A stretch of 24,885 bases of DNA from Gammaproteobacteria bacterium (GCA_030621975.1 JAUXGQ010000001.1:1-24885); one strand, 5' to 3'; positions 6,077 to 15,815 are shown, counted from the stretch's first letter. Made by a program: numbers and translations. Notes: a model not told the origin generated them from the sequence alone.

Positions 6077-9000
6077 GCCTGCGCCTCAGCCAGAAGCGAA
6101 TAGATGTTTTCCAGCAACTCCATTTCCTGATAAGGCTTACCCAGATAGCCTTTAACACCCAACTCCATGGCCAGCTTGCGGTGTTTCTCACCGGTCCTGG
6201 AGGTGATCATTATGATCGGGATGTCTTTCAGATCCGAAGAAGCCTGCATGTGTCGCGCCAGTTCAAAGCCGTCCATGCGCGGCATCTCGATATCCAGCAA
6301 CATCAGATCCGGCGCATGTTCCTGCAGCAATGCCACGGCGTCCACTCCGTCCTTGGCGGTTGTAACCTGAAAGTTATGCCGCTCCAGCAGACGCCCGGTA
6401 ACCTTGCGAACAGTGATCGAATCGTCCACCACCATTACTTTCACGGGCGCGGCATCAGCGGAAATGCCCATCTCGGTGCCCGCGGGCGCCAAGGGTTTTG
6501 CGGCATCCATGCGCACCATCGCATTCACGTCCAGAATCAAAGCAACCCGGCCGTCCCCGAGAATCGTCCCTCCGGTTATCCAGCGTACGGTACTCAACTG
6601 CGGGCCCACGGATTTCACTACGATCTGCCGGTTGCCCAGCAGTCCGTCTACTTGCACCGCCACGCGTCGATCACCCGACCTCACCAGCAGCATGGGAAAC
6701 CATTTCTTCCCCTCCGATAAGGCGATGGGGCCTACCCCGAGCATACTGCCCAGATAGCGTACCAGATAGGTATGCCCGGCGTATTCGAAACCCTCCTGCC
6801 GACCCTCGTAGCATTCCTGCAGTTCGTCCCGACTGACCCGCACTACGCCTTCGATACTGGTATGCGGAACCGCGTAGATGTCCTCTTCCATCTTCACCAG
6901 CAGGGCTTCACTGATGGCCAGCGTCAGGGGCAAACGTATTACGAAGCTGGAGCCGGTGCCGTGCTCGGATTTGATCTCGAGGGACCCACCGAGTTGTTTG
7001 ACCTCGCTGACCACCACATCCATGCCCACGCCACGCCCGGCGATCTGAGACACCTTGTCCGCGGTGCTGAAACCCGGTTCCAGAATGAACTGCATGACGT
7101 CGTTGTCCGCAACGTTCGCGCCTTCCTCCAGCAGGCCTTTTGCTATGGCCTGCTTGCGGATATTTTCCAGCTTCAGTCCCTGACCGTCGTCGCAGACAAC
7201 CAACACCACGTCCGTGCCCTCACGGGACAGATCCAGCGTAATCCTGCCCTTGGCTTTCTTGCCCTGCCCGCGACGCTTTTCCGGCGTTTCTATACCGTGG
7301 GAAACCGCATTGCGCAGAATATGCTCCAGCGGTGCAACCATACGTTCCAGGATGCTGCGATCAACCTCTACGGCGGCGCCGTTGACCGTGAGTTCGGCCT
7401 GCTTGTGCACGGAATCGCAGGTCTGACGCACCAACCGCTGCAGCCTGGAGACGATCTGGGTAAAGGGCACCATACGGGTGCGCAGCAATCCGTCCTGGAG
7501 GTCCGTGGATACTCGGGCCTGCTGCATCAGCAGCGTTTCCGTTTCCCGATGCAGGTCCTCGGTCAGGTCCTTGATGCTGATCAGGTCGTTATCGGTCTCC
7601 ATAAGACTGCGGGAGACCTGCTGCATGGTGGAGAAACGGTCCATTTCCAGGGGATCGAATACATCTTCGCTACCCCCCGTTTCTTCCTTCTCCCGCTCGT
7701 AACGAAACAGGATCTGAGCCTCGGTCTCCATTTCCAGCTGACGCAACTGCTGGCGCAGCCGTGCCACCGTCTGCTCCAGCTCCGAAAGGTTGAATCCGAT
7801 GGCGCTGTTCTGTTGTTCAAGGCGTGCCCGGTATATGCTCACCTCACCGGCGTTGTTGACCAGCCGATCCAGCACATCCGAGCGCACGCGCACCTGCTCG
7901 TGTTTCGGGGCCGGCTTCGTTTCCGCAGACGTTGCCTTGGCGCCCGGTTTCTGTGGGGCCAGCGGTTCTACAATCCGCTCTACGGTCCCGGCTGTGGAGG
8001 CTTTGTCCTCCGGCGCCGGTTGTTCCTGTAATTCCGGTGCTGTATCCCGTCCCGCATCCGCGCCGAACAGATTAACCACTTCCGCGGACTCGGTCACGGG
8101 GGGCGGCTGGCTCTCGGGTTCAACCCGTACTAAAAAAAACGGTTCCGTGTCCGCCGCTGCCGGCGCGTCCTCCCCGGCTGGCGCGCGCGCCTCCGATTCG
8201 GCATCTTCGGTGCCCGTCGGCTGTTCCACACCGGTTGCTTCCGCGGGCCCTTGGTCGAGAGCTGACTCAACCGCTTTTTCGGCCTCGTCCCCGAGCCCTG
8301 CGCCGGGCGCGGGTTGAACCTCACCCGCAAGCAGCAGCTCCAGCTGCGTGATCAAATCCTGAGCTTCGTGTACCCGACCGGATTCGCTGACCTCATCGAC
8401 CTGGGACGACAACCTGTCCGCAACCTGTTGCGCGAGTTGCTGAACCGCGTCCGTGGTGACGACCTGACCGCTGGTGATCCCGGTCAGAAGCGATTCAAAG
8501 GTGTGGCCCAGATCACCCACCGGGGTGATTCCCGCCAGCCGGGCTCCGCCTTTGAGCGTGTGCAGCGTTCGCTGTAATTCCGCTAGCGGCGTATTGTCCT
8601 GAGGGGCCTGGCGCCAGGCAGCCAGCGAGGTATCCAGGCTGTCGAGTAATTCACGGGCCTCTTCCAGAAATATCTCGACCAGTTCCTCTTCCGAACCGAC
8701 CTCGACGAATGCGGCCTCTTGCGCAGCCTTCTCGGAGGGTGGGCTCCTGTCCTGCGCCAGTTCCACCTCTTCATCCAGCGCCGGAATGGATACCGTCTCG
8801 CTTTCTGCCTCGTTCCTTATTGCCTCTTGGCTTTCCGACTCATCCTGAGGCGGCCCCGCCTGAATGACCGGCGAAATCTCCGTCGGCGACAAGGGTTCTG
8901 CCGGGGTAACCGGTGGCGCCGAAAGCCTCTCTTCCCGCAAGGCATCGATCCGGGCGACAAGCTCCTCCGAGTCGGGAAACTTGACCCCCGATACATTGAT

Positions 9001-11847
9001 GGCCGCGAGTTGCTCCCGCATGAGCCCTGTGCCTTCGTCGATAAGATCCACCACCGTCGTATCCGCCGGTTCATCCTGTTCCCGCAAGACTTGGACCAGC
9101 TCTTCCAGGGCCTTACTGACATCGGCGATCGGCGGCACTTGGGCCGCGTTGGCACTGCCACGAACGGTGTGTAAAACCCGAACGAGCGTGTCATCCAGGG
9201 GCAAAGGTTCGGGCCGTTCCCGGCAGTTGCGAACAAATTCTGCCAGAGACTCCAGATAGGCGGCGACCTCCTCGCGGAATATCTGGAACAATTCCGGTTC
9301 CACCAGGTATTCGGGGACGGACGCGAGATCCAGTCGCGGTTCCGCGTCCGACTCTGATTCGAGCTCGATACCAATATCCACCGCCGGCGCAACCTGAGGA
9401 ATCTCCAACCCGGGTTCCGGATCCGGCTCTAACCCGGTTTCCAATACTGGCTCTGCATCCGGCGTCGGGGTTTCTTCGACCGTCTCCAGGCTGGGATTGA
9501 GGGCGCCAAAAGCCCGGTCCGTCAGCGCCTGTACGTTGGGCACAGCCCCTCCGCCAGCGGTATATTGTTCAATCAGGCGGGGAAAAACCTGAACGCATTC
9601 GTCGAGAATACTTAGAATCTCCGGTGTTACCGCGATGGTCTCATCGATCATCCGGTTGAGCATGTTCTCAACGGACCAGGCCAGCTCCCCGATAGTCGTA
9701 GCGCCCACCAACCGGCCACTGCCTTTGAGGGTATGAAAAGAACGCCGCAGCCTGGCGCGCGCCTCCGTATCACCGGGATTCCGCTTCCAGTGCGCGCAAA
9801 ACTCCTGGATGACACCCAGCTCTTCCTGCACCTCTTCGACGAAGACTTCCAGGATCTCCGGATCGATTTCATCCGCGGGGGCTTCATGAACAGGTGCGAT
9901 CGACACCGGTTCTTCCGTCGCTTCTTCGTCCGTCGGCTCTTCGGTGAATTCCTGCTCCAACAATTCGGTTTCAGTGCCTGCGGGGACAGCGGCAACGGCG
10001 GGCTCCAGGAGACCCTCCAGCACCATACCAGTTTCTTCCGCCGCAACGGCGTCCTGTCGCTGCGGCGAAACTTCCGCGAGCTGAGACGCGTCTGCGCGGG
10101 ATTCGACCTCCAGACCAAGCTTCGCCAGGGCAACCCGGGCGACGTCCAGAATGTCGTCCCGATCAGTGCGCCCCTCGAGCACGCTTTCCATGAAATATTC
10201 GACACTCGTAATAGCATCGGCAAGGGCGTTCAGCTGCTCCCGATCCGGAACTCGGCTGGGTTTCACGACCTCTGTTTGCAAATAACCGGCAACGGCATCC
10301 AGCATGTCAGCCGGATCCGGAAGAGACAGTATCCTGAGTGCCCCACCGACGTTGTGGAATTTTGCCGGTGCATCGGCCAGCAGGCGAGGATCGTCCGGAG
10401 CGTCGAGAAACGCGACTATGGCGTCTTTGGCCTTGGCCATGTCGATATGGGCCTCATTCAGTGCGGCATCGACCAGCCGCCCGAGCTCCCCTTGCGGCAG
10501 CAGCAAGGCTCCGGCCTGGGCTTCCGATAACTCGTCATCGGCCAATCCTTCCTGGGCCATCCCCGTCCCGACGTTGACCAATGAGGATTCGACGAATAGA
10601 AGCTCACTGGCGATCCTCATCAAGTAGGTCTCGTCCGGGGGTACTCGGGACTTACCGATCTCGGCCAGCTGGTCCGCCTGGCGGTTCAATCGCACCCGCA
10701 GCGCACCCTGCCCGACCATTCCCAGGGTGTCGCCCAGCTTGCGCATGGGTTCTTCCAGTTGACACAGGTCATCCACCCGTGAACGGTCGCCCCGGATATA
10801 AAGATCCAGTTTGTCCTTGATCTGGGTGAGGTCGGTCTTGATTACCTCCCGAACGGTATCGATGGCGTCTGCGCTGGGCGCAGTGAGTCGCGCCCTGCCG
10901 GCAGCCACTTCGGTGTCACTGGGCAAGGCGGTTGCCAGTTGGTACGCCTCCTGCACTGCTCTGACACAGGCGTTAGTGGACTTCGCCCCGGCCACGTAAT
11001 ACAGGATACTCTTCAGGAGGTCGCGATCCGGAGCCCGAGCCAGCTCTGTTTCTCCCTCATCGACGATTTTTTTGATCTCCCGGTCCAAGCGGCCAAACAG
11101 GGATTTGACAGCGGACCCGACGGCTATCCCACCGTCCAGCAGTCCTTCGACCAGCGCGTGACTGACCCAGAACAGGTGATGGACGGGTTCAGTACGGGCA
11201 TGCCGCTCCAACTCCGAGGTCACATCGCGGATATACCCCAGAGCCTCCTCGGGTTCGACGTTTCGGTACCAACCGAGCAAGCCCCTGTGGTAATTGGTCC
11301 GGAGCCGTTTTGCGATGCCCGGGAGATCCGGATTGGCAATCCCGGTTACATGCTCCGGGACTACACCGTGATCAAGCTTCGGCGCAAACAGCGAGGCCTC
11401 AGTCAGCAGTCGGGCGCCCCTGGTGGCCCGCAGGTCGTTGAGCAACGGCATTATCACAAGCGGCATATCACGACCGCCGACCTGCAGCTTTTCCAGATAG
11501 TCGGGGAGTTGCACCAGGGACAGCATCAATGCTTCGACCGCTTCAGCCTTGCGGCGAACCTGGTTGCTGTGTATGGCCCGCGATACCTGCTCCATCTCTT
11601 CGGCCAGCATGGCGGCGCCGTACAGCTGCACCATCTGCAGGGTGCCGTAGATCTGATGCAGCTTGTCGCTGCAGGTTTCCAGCAAACTCAGGTCACCACT
11701 GCCTTCCGCATAGCTCTCGAACGCCTGTCGCGCCTGGTGTATCGTCTCACCGAGCTCGTCTTTGATCCACTTCAGCGCGCTGAAGTCGTCAGCGTTACTC
11801 ATACCCGCAGTCCCGTTTTTCCTGATGGTGTGTTGCCCGGCGTTCAT
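6073..11847 (-). CDS. chpA: Hybrid CheA-like histidine kinase/response regulator (ChpA/PilL)
   Basis: Several HPt repeats (LHQIYGTL, FHNVGGAL, FHTLKGSG, LHTVRGSA, LHTLKGGA), a dimerisation segment, HATPase (LEHILRNAVSHG, DDGQG, GFSTA, GRGVGMDVV), CheW and C-terminal REC (VVDDS, LDIEMPRMDG, KPY). AGGAG lies 8 nt before the ATG at 11847; an alternative start is 11802. Confidence 0.97.
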   Translation of the reverse strand: MNAGQHTIRKNGTAGMSNADDFSALKWIKDELGETIHQARQAFESYAEGSGDLSLLETCSDKLHQIYGTLQMVQLYGAAMLAEEMEQVSRAIHSNQVRRKAEAVEALMLSLVQLPDYLEKLQVGGRDMPLVIMPLLNDLRATRGARLLTEASLFAPKLDHGVVPEHVTGIANPDLPGIAKRLRTNYHRGLLGWYRNVEPEEALGYIRDVTSELERHARTEPVHHLFWVSHALVEGLLDGGIAVGSAVKSLFGRLDREIKKIVDEGETELARAPDRDLLKSILYYVAGAKSTNACVRAVQEAYQLATALPSDTEVAAGRARLTAPSADAIDTVREVIKTDLTQIKDKLDLYIRGDRSRVDDLCQLEEPMRKLGDTLGMVGQGALRVRLNRQADQLAEIGKSRVPPDETYLMRIASELLFVESSLVNVGTGMAQEGLADDELSEAQAGALLLPQGELGRLVDAALNEAHIDMAKAKDAIVAFLDAPDDPRLLADAPAKFHNVGGALRILSLPDPADMLDAVAGYLQTEVVKPSRVPDREQLNALADAITSVEYFMESVLEGRTDRDDILDVARVALAKLGLEVESRADASQLAEVSPQRQDAVAAEETGMVLEGLLEPAVAAVPAGTETELLEQEFTEEPTDEEATEEPVSIAPVHEAPADEIDPEILEVFVEEVQEELGVIQEFCAHWKRNPGDTEARARLRRSFHTLKGSGRLVGATTIGELAWSVENMLNRMIDETIAVTPEILSILDECVQVFPRLIEQYTAGGGAVPNVQALTDRAFGALNPSLETVEETPTPDAEPVLETGLEPDPEPGLEIPQVAPAVDIGIELESESDAEPRLDLASVPEYLVEPELFQIFREEVAAYLESLAEFVRNCRERPEPLPLDDTLVRVLHTVRGSANAAQVPPIADVSKALEELVQVLREQDEPADTTVVDLIDEGTGLMREQLAAINVSGVKFPDSEELVARIDALREERLSAPPVTPAEPLSPTEISPVIQAGPPQDESESQEAIRNEAESETVSIPALDEEVELAQDRSPPSEKAAQEAAFVEVGSEEELVEIFLEEARELLDSLDTSLAAWRQAPQDNTPLAELQRTLHTLKGGARLAGITPVGDLGHTFESLLTGITSGQVVTTDAVQQLAQQVADRLSSQVDEVSESGRVHEAQDLITQLELLLAGEVQPAPGAGLGDEAEKAVESALDQGPAEATGVEQPTGTEDAESEARAPAGEDAPAAADTEPFFLVRVEPESQPPPVTESAEVVNLFGADAGRDTAPELQEQPAPEDKASTAGTVERIVEPLAPQKPGAKATSAETKPAPKHEQVRVRSDVLDRLVNNAGEVSIYRARLEQQNSAIGFNLSELEQTVARLRQQLRQLEMETEAQILFRYEREKEETGGSEDVFDPLEMDRFSTMQQVSRSLMETDNDLISIKDLTEDLHRETETLLMQQARVSTDLQDGLLRTRMVPFTQIVSRLQRLVRQTCDSVHKQAELTVNGAAVEVDRSILERMVAPLEHILRNAVSHGIETPEKRRGQGKKAKGRITLDLSREGTDVVLVVCDDGQGLKLENIRKQAIAKGLLEEGANVADNDVMQFILEPGFSTADKVSQIAGRGVGMDVVVSEVKQLGGSLEIKSEHGTGSSFVIRLPLTLAISEALLVKMEEDIYAVPHTSIEGVVRVSRDELQECYEGRQEGFEYAGHTYLVRYLGSMLGVGPIALSEGKKWFPMLLVRSGDRRVAVQVDGLLGNRQIVVKSVGPQLSTVRWITGGTILGDGRVALILDVNAMVRMDAAKPLAPAGTEMGISADAAPVKVMVVDDSITVRKVTGRLLERHNFQVTTAKDGVDAVALLQEHAPDLMLLDIEMPRMDGFELARHMQASSDLKDIPIIMITSRTGEKHRKLAMELGVKGYLGKPYQEMELLENIYSLLAEAQA

Positions 11848-11858
11848 TGCCAGGACTC

Positions 11859-13907
11859 CTATTCCGGTATCCTGAAACCAGCTACGGTGCTCTGCAGGTC
11901 ATCCGCGAGCGCCGCCAGTTTTCCGATCGCCGAGGCGGTCTGGTTGGTGCCGTCGGACGTCTGGGTGGTGATCTCCTGAATGACGCCCATGGTGTCGTCG
12001 ACCCGGACGGCTTCCAGGGATTGCTTGCGTGCGGATGACGCGATCTTTCCGGTAAGGTCAGCGATATAATTGGAAACGTTCTCGATTTCCCTCAGCGCCT
12101 CGCCGGCGTCCTCCGCAAGTTTGGCCCCACTGACCACGCCTGTGGTGCTGGACTCCATGGAACTGATCGCCCCACTGGTGTCGGCCTGAATAGTCTGCAC
12201 CAGGGCCTCGATCTGTTTAGTGGCGTTGCTCGAGCGTTCGGCCAGTCGCTGCACCTCGTCGGCCACTACCGCGAAGCCCCGGCCCGACTCGCCGGCCATG
12301 GCTGCCTGCATGGCCGCATTCAGCGCCAGGATATTGGTCTGATCGGCAATGTCGTCGATCAGCTCGACGATGTTTCCGATCTCCTGGGAACTTTCTCCCA
12401 AGCGCTTGATACGCTTGGAAGTTTCCTGAATCTGCTCACGAATTACGTCCATACCCTGAATGGTATTGCGTACCGTCGCCGCACCATTGCTCGCGATCTC
12501 CACGGATCTTTGAGCCACTTCGGCGGACTCGATTGCGTCACTGGACATCTCGTCGATGGCCTGGGTCATCTCCTTGATCGCACTGCTCGCCATGGTGATC
12601 TGTTCAGCCTGCAACTCGCTTGCCTCGGCCAGATGCATGGCTGTAGCCCGGGTTTCCTGGGTCGATGCGGCCACCTTCTCGGAAGTGTCGTTGATGGTCA
12701 CCACCAGATTTCTGAGCTGCTCGATCGCATAGTTGATGGAGTCCGCGATGGCGCCGGTGATATCCTCGGTTACGGTTGCCGTCACCGTAAGATCACCGTC
12801 CGCGAGATCCCCCATTTCATCGAGCAGGCGTAAGATAGCGGTCTGGTTTCGTTCGTTATGCTCCTTGACGCCGGTTTCGCGCCGCAAGGCTTCGATCAGC
12901 AACTGCACTCCCAGCATCACCAGAAAGAAAACCGCGAGGGCGCCCAGTATGGCTATCAGAACAGGACCCGCCTCGACAATGCCGAGGCTGAAACGACCCG
13001 GTGACTCTCCGTACGCATCGATCAGTTGCCGGGAGGCATCATTCAGGGTGTCGCTGACCAGCGATATGTCATTCGCCGCATGCAACGCCGGCAGTACGTC
13101 AGGTGCCGCAGCCAGGATTTTTTCGATATTGGCGTTGATCGAATTGAACAGCGTGGATGCCGTGCGGAGTTTCTGCACCGCGGCCCTTTCCGTTACCGCC
13201 GGGACGTTGAGCTTCGCCTCACCGCGCAACAGACCCTTCAATACCCGGGCAAAGCGTTCCCGGTCACGGCTGACGCGGTCGATGGCAGCAGCCGTTACCT
13301 GTCCACCTTCCAGAACCCGCCCCACGTTGTTTTCAATGCGCTGGGCCAACATGAGCTGCCTCGTCGCAAGATAGATCTGCTCACGAGACGCTTTACTGCC
13401 CACCAACGCCCTGACCAGCCCGTCAATCTGCTCCTCAAGCTTCGGAACCAGGCTGGTTACTTCGTCGATCAGTCTTCTGACCGTTAAGACGGGTTTCCTG
13501 TTGTTCAGGATCTTGTCCGCGCCCTGGCGCATCTCCCGCCAGCTATCCTCAACCCGCCTCAGATCCGCTGCAACCTCTTCGGGGGACGACGGTAGACCAA
13601 TGCGCTTTTCGCCATCTTTCAACTCCCCCATGATCTTTCCAAACCCGTCCCTTGACGCACCCAGCCTGTCAAAGGCGGCATCGTCACCTTCTGCCGCGGC
13701 CAGGGCCTCCTTGACGATGCGCTGGGAAATGATCTGCTGCTCTTTCGCCCTCAGGAGATACTGCTCGTCATGGTCATCCCACCGCGCAACATGTACAAAA
13801 GTCACCACCGCAAGGACGATGGTTATCAGCAGCAGCGCCGCCAACACCACGATACCCTTGTTGGTCGTAAACCTTCCTCTCGCGCCTTTCCTGGAAAATG
13901 CATTCAT
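11859..13907 (-). CDS. pilJ: Methyl-accepting chemotaxis protein of the Pil-Chp system
   Basis: Two hydrophobic transmembrane segments, a PilJ-type periplasmic region, HAMP-like LLDEMGDLADGDLT, and signalling hairpin QTNILALNAAMQAAMAGESGRGFAVVADEV. Start set at ATG 13907, with GGAG 8 nt upstream. Confidence 0.96.
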   Translation of the reverse strand: MNAFSRKGARGRFTTNKGIVVLAALLLITIVLAVVTFVHVARWDDHDEQYLLRAKEQQIISQRIVKEALAAAEGDDAAFDRLGASRDGFGKIMGELKDGEKRIGLPSSPEEVAADLRRVEDSWREMRQGADKILNNRKPVLTVRRLIDEVTSLVPKLEEQIDGLVRALVGSKASREQIYLATRQLMLAQRIENNVGRVLEGGQVTAAAIDRVSRDRERFARVLKGLLRGEAKLNVPAVTERAAVQKLRTASTLFNSINANIEKILAAAPDVLPALHAANDISLVSDTLNDASRQLIDAYGESPGRFSLGIVEAGPVLIAILGALAVFFLVMLGVQLLIEALRRETGVKEHNERNQTAILRLLDEMGDLADGDLTVTATVTEDITGAIADSINYAIEQLRNLVVTINDTSEKVAASTQETRATAMHLAEASELQAEQITMASSAIKEMTQAIDEMSSDAIESAEVAQRSVEIASNGAATVRNTIQGMDVIREQIQETSKRIKRLGESSQEIGNIVELIDDIADQTNILALNAAMQAAMAGESGRGFAVVADEVQRLAERSSNATKQIEALVQTIQADTSGAISSMESSTTGVVSGAKLAEDAGEALREIENVSNYIADLTGKIASSARKQSLEAVRVDDTMGVIQEITTQTSDGTNQTASAIGKLAALADDLQSTVAGFRIPE

Positions 13908-13964
13908 CAACCGAACTCCCAAGTACCTATATTTCTTTGTGCTTTCCCCGACCCGCCGTCCTGG

Positions 13965-14531
13965 CTAAACTGCAGCGCTTAGAAACTCCGGGCTGGCGGC
14001 AAGCGCATGCAGACTGAATACGGGCCGGATTTCACCCTCGTGTTCGAAGGCCCCTGTCACGTAATTCGCCAACGGAACCTCCAAAGTCTTACACTCTGTT
14101 TTTTCACCTTCGTCAAAATGACGCATTCCGACCATATCGCCCACCAGCAGGCCCGTGAATACCTCCCGATGCTGAACTACCAGGACGCGACTGCGTCGTC
14201 CGGGAACGGTGGAGCCACCACCCAAAAAGGCCTGTAAATCGATAATCGGAAGGAGATTTCCCCGGATATTTGCGATACCGCGAATCCAGAACCGGGTACC
14301 GGGAACCGTGGTTACCGTGGTCGGGTAATTCAGGATCTCGACAATCTCATGCAGAGGCGCAACGAACCGGTCGCCTCCAATACTGAAGAGGATACCTTCC
14401 CAGTAATTGAGAAACTCAACCTGCTTCGGCAAACTCTGAGCGTGGGCCTTACTGCGCCGGCCGATGTCCTTGAGCAGCGCGATGAGTTCCAGGGATGCCT
14501 GCCCGGTCAAGTCTTGTTCGAACTCAATCAC
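13965..14531 (-). CDS. pilI: CheW-like adaptor
   Basis: FVAPLHEIVEIL, TVPGTRFWIRGIANIRGNLLPIIDL; positioned between pilH and pilJ. The GTG start is uncertain. Confidence 0.93.
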   Translation of the reverse strand: MIEFEQDLTGQASLELIALLKDIGRRSKAHAQSLPKQVEFLNYWEGILFSIGGDRFVAPLHEIVEILNYPTTVTTVPGTRFWIRGIANIRGNLLPIIDLQAFLGGGSTVPGRRSRVLVVQHREVFTGLLVGDMVGMRHFDEGEKTECKTLEVPLANYVTGAFEHEGEIRPVFSLHALAASPEFLSAAV

Positions 14532-14889
14532 CCAATACCGCCCCGATCTTGGTTAACAGATCGTGGTGATCTACCGGCTTGACCACATACTCCTTTGCTC
14601 CCTGGCGCAAGCCCCAGTTTTTATCGGTCTCCTGGGACTTGGTCGTCACCATGATGACCGGGATGCTCGCTGTTGCTTGATCTTTGCTCAGTTGGCGGGT
14701 TGCTTGAAAGCCGTTGAGCACCGGCATCACCACATCCATCAATATCACATCCGGATGCAGGCGCCTGGCCCCCTCCACACCTTGAGCACCGTCAGCCGCC
14801 GTGTGAACGGTATGTCCGTGTTTCTCCAACAGGCTCTTGATTACATGAACCTCTGTAGGAGAATCGTCGACCACGAGGATGGTAGCCAT
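14524..14889 (-). CDS. pilH: CheY-like response regulator
   Basis: ILVVDDSPTE, DVVMP, NGFQATRQL, WGLRQGA, KP. Confidence 0.96.
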   Translation of the reverse strand: MATILVVDDSPTEVHVIKSLLEKHGHTVHTAADGAQGVEGARRLHPDVILMDVVMPVLNGFQATRQLSKDQATASIPVIMVTTKSQETDKNWGLRQGAKEYVVKPVDHHDLLTKIGAVLGD

Positions 14890-14908
14890 TAGTTTCCCTC
14901 ACACCTGC

Positions 14909-15313
14909 TTAAGCTGCTTTCACCGCATGCCGTCGGATCGCTTCAAGTAACTCCTCTTTGGTAAAGGGCTTGGTCAGATACTCTTCGGACCCGACAATTC
15001 TGCCTCTTGCGCGATCAAACAGCCCGTCCTTACTGGACAGCATGATCACCGGAGTATTCTTGAACACCTCGTTGTTCTTGATAAGCGCGCAGGTTTGATA
15101 CCCGTCAAGACGTGGCATCATGATGTCTACGAAGATCAGATCGGGATGGCTGTCGGCGATAAGGGCAAGTGCTTCAAACCCATCGGTTGCCGTAAGTACC
15201 TCGCATCCAGCTTTTTTCAACAGGCTTTCCGCGGTTCGACGAATGGTCTTGCTGTCGTCGATCACCATTACTTTGAGTCCGGCGACTTCTGTTTCCGTAT
15301 GCTCGCTGGTCAC
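14909..15313 (-). CDS. pilG: CheY-like response regulator
   Basis: VMVIDDSKTIRRTAE, DIMMPRLDGYQTC, LSSKDGLFDRARGRIVGS, YLTKPF. GTG start with AGAGG 7 nt upstream. Confidence 0.97.
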   Translation of the reverse strand: MTSEHTETEVAGLKVMVIDDSKTIRRTAESLLKKAGCEVLTATDGFEALALIADSHPDLIFVDIMMPRLDGYQTCALIKNNEVFKNTPVIMLSSKDGLFDRARGRIVGSEEYLTKPFTKEELLEAIRRHAVKAA

Positions 15314-15701
15314 CTTGCATCCTCTAATCTAAATGTTCAAATACAGGGGGGTACTTCACTGATCCTGAAAACCTGTCCCTGGGAGCCTGTCGGACTCGAC
15401 AGGCGTCCATGCATCGCTCAGGGACCCTCACAAACCGTTGCAAATGCACTATACCGGCCATATGTGGGGCGCTGAGTTTGTCGACAAATGTCCGGCTGTA
15501 TTCTGAGTTATCCCCTGTTTCGGCACCGCCTCGCGATACTTGAAGCCGGAAACCGGATGATTCGCTGACACGCCCGACAACGCCCGGAAATACATCACAT
15601 TTTTAAAAATCCGCGTACAGCCTAGCAAGCCCAACACCTGTGCGCAATAAGATCAACCTGTGCGTCTCCGCTGGCTGACAACGAATTTCCCTTGGGGTCC
15701 A

Positions 15702-15731
15702 TTGCTTGCCGATACGAGCATGCAATAGAAT
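15702..15731 (+). promoter_or_regulatory. Candidate sigma70 promoter for the gshB operon (TTGCTT-N18-TAGAAT)
   Basis: -10 matches 5/6 at 15726-15731, -35 matches 3/6 at 15702-15707, ~85 nt upstream of gshB. Confidence 0.4.
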
Positions 15732-15815
15732 GAGGGCTCATGTGCCACCCAGTCGGCGGGGCAACCCTGGAGAAGTTGGGGATCCGATCAGCAGGTTTCC
15801 CGGTGTAATGCAGTG

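Noticed and set aside
15311-15320. ATG at 15320 directly after AGAGG as an alternative pilG start or sign of a frameshift
   Set aside because: It is out of frame. The GTG at 15313 gives an uninterrupted PilG and is well spaced from the SD.
15342-15355. TACA-G6-TACT near the pilG start, resembling RcnR/DmeR-type sites
   Set aside because: It is not properly palindromic and has no clear promoter overlap or functional link.
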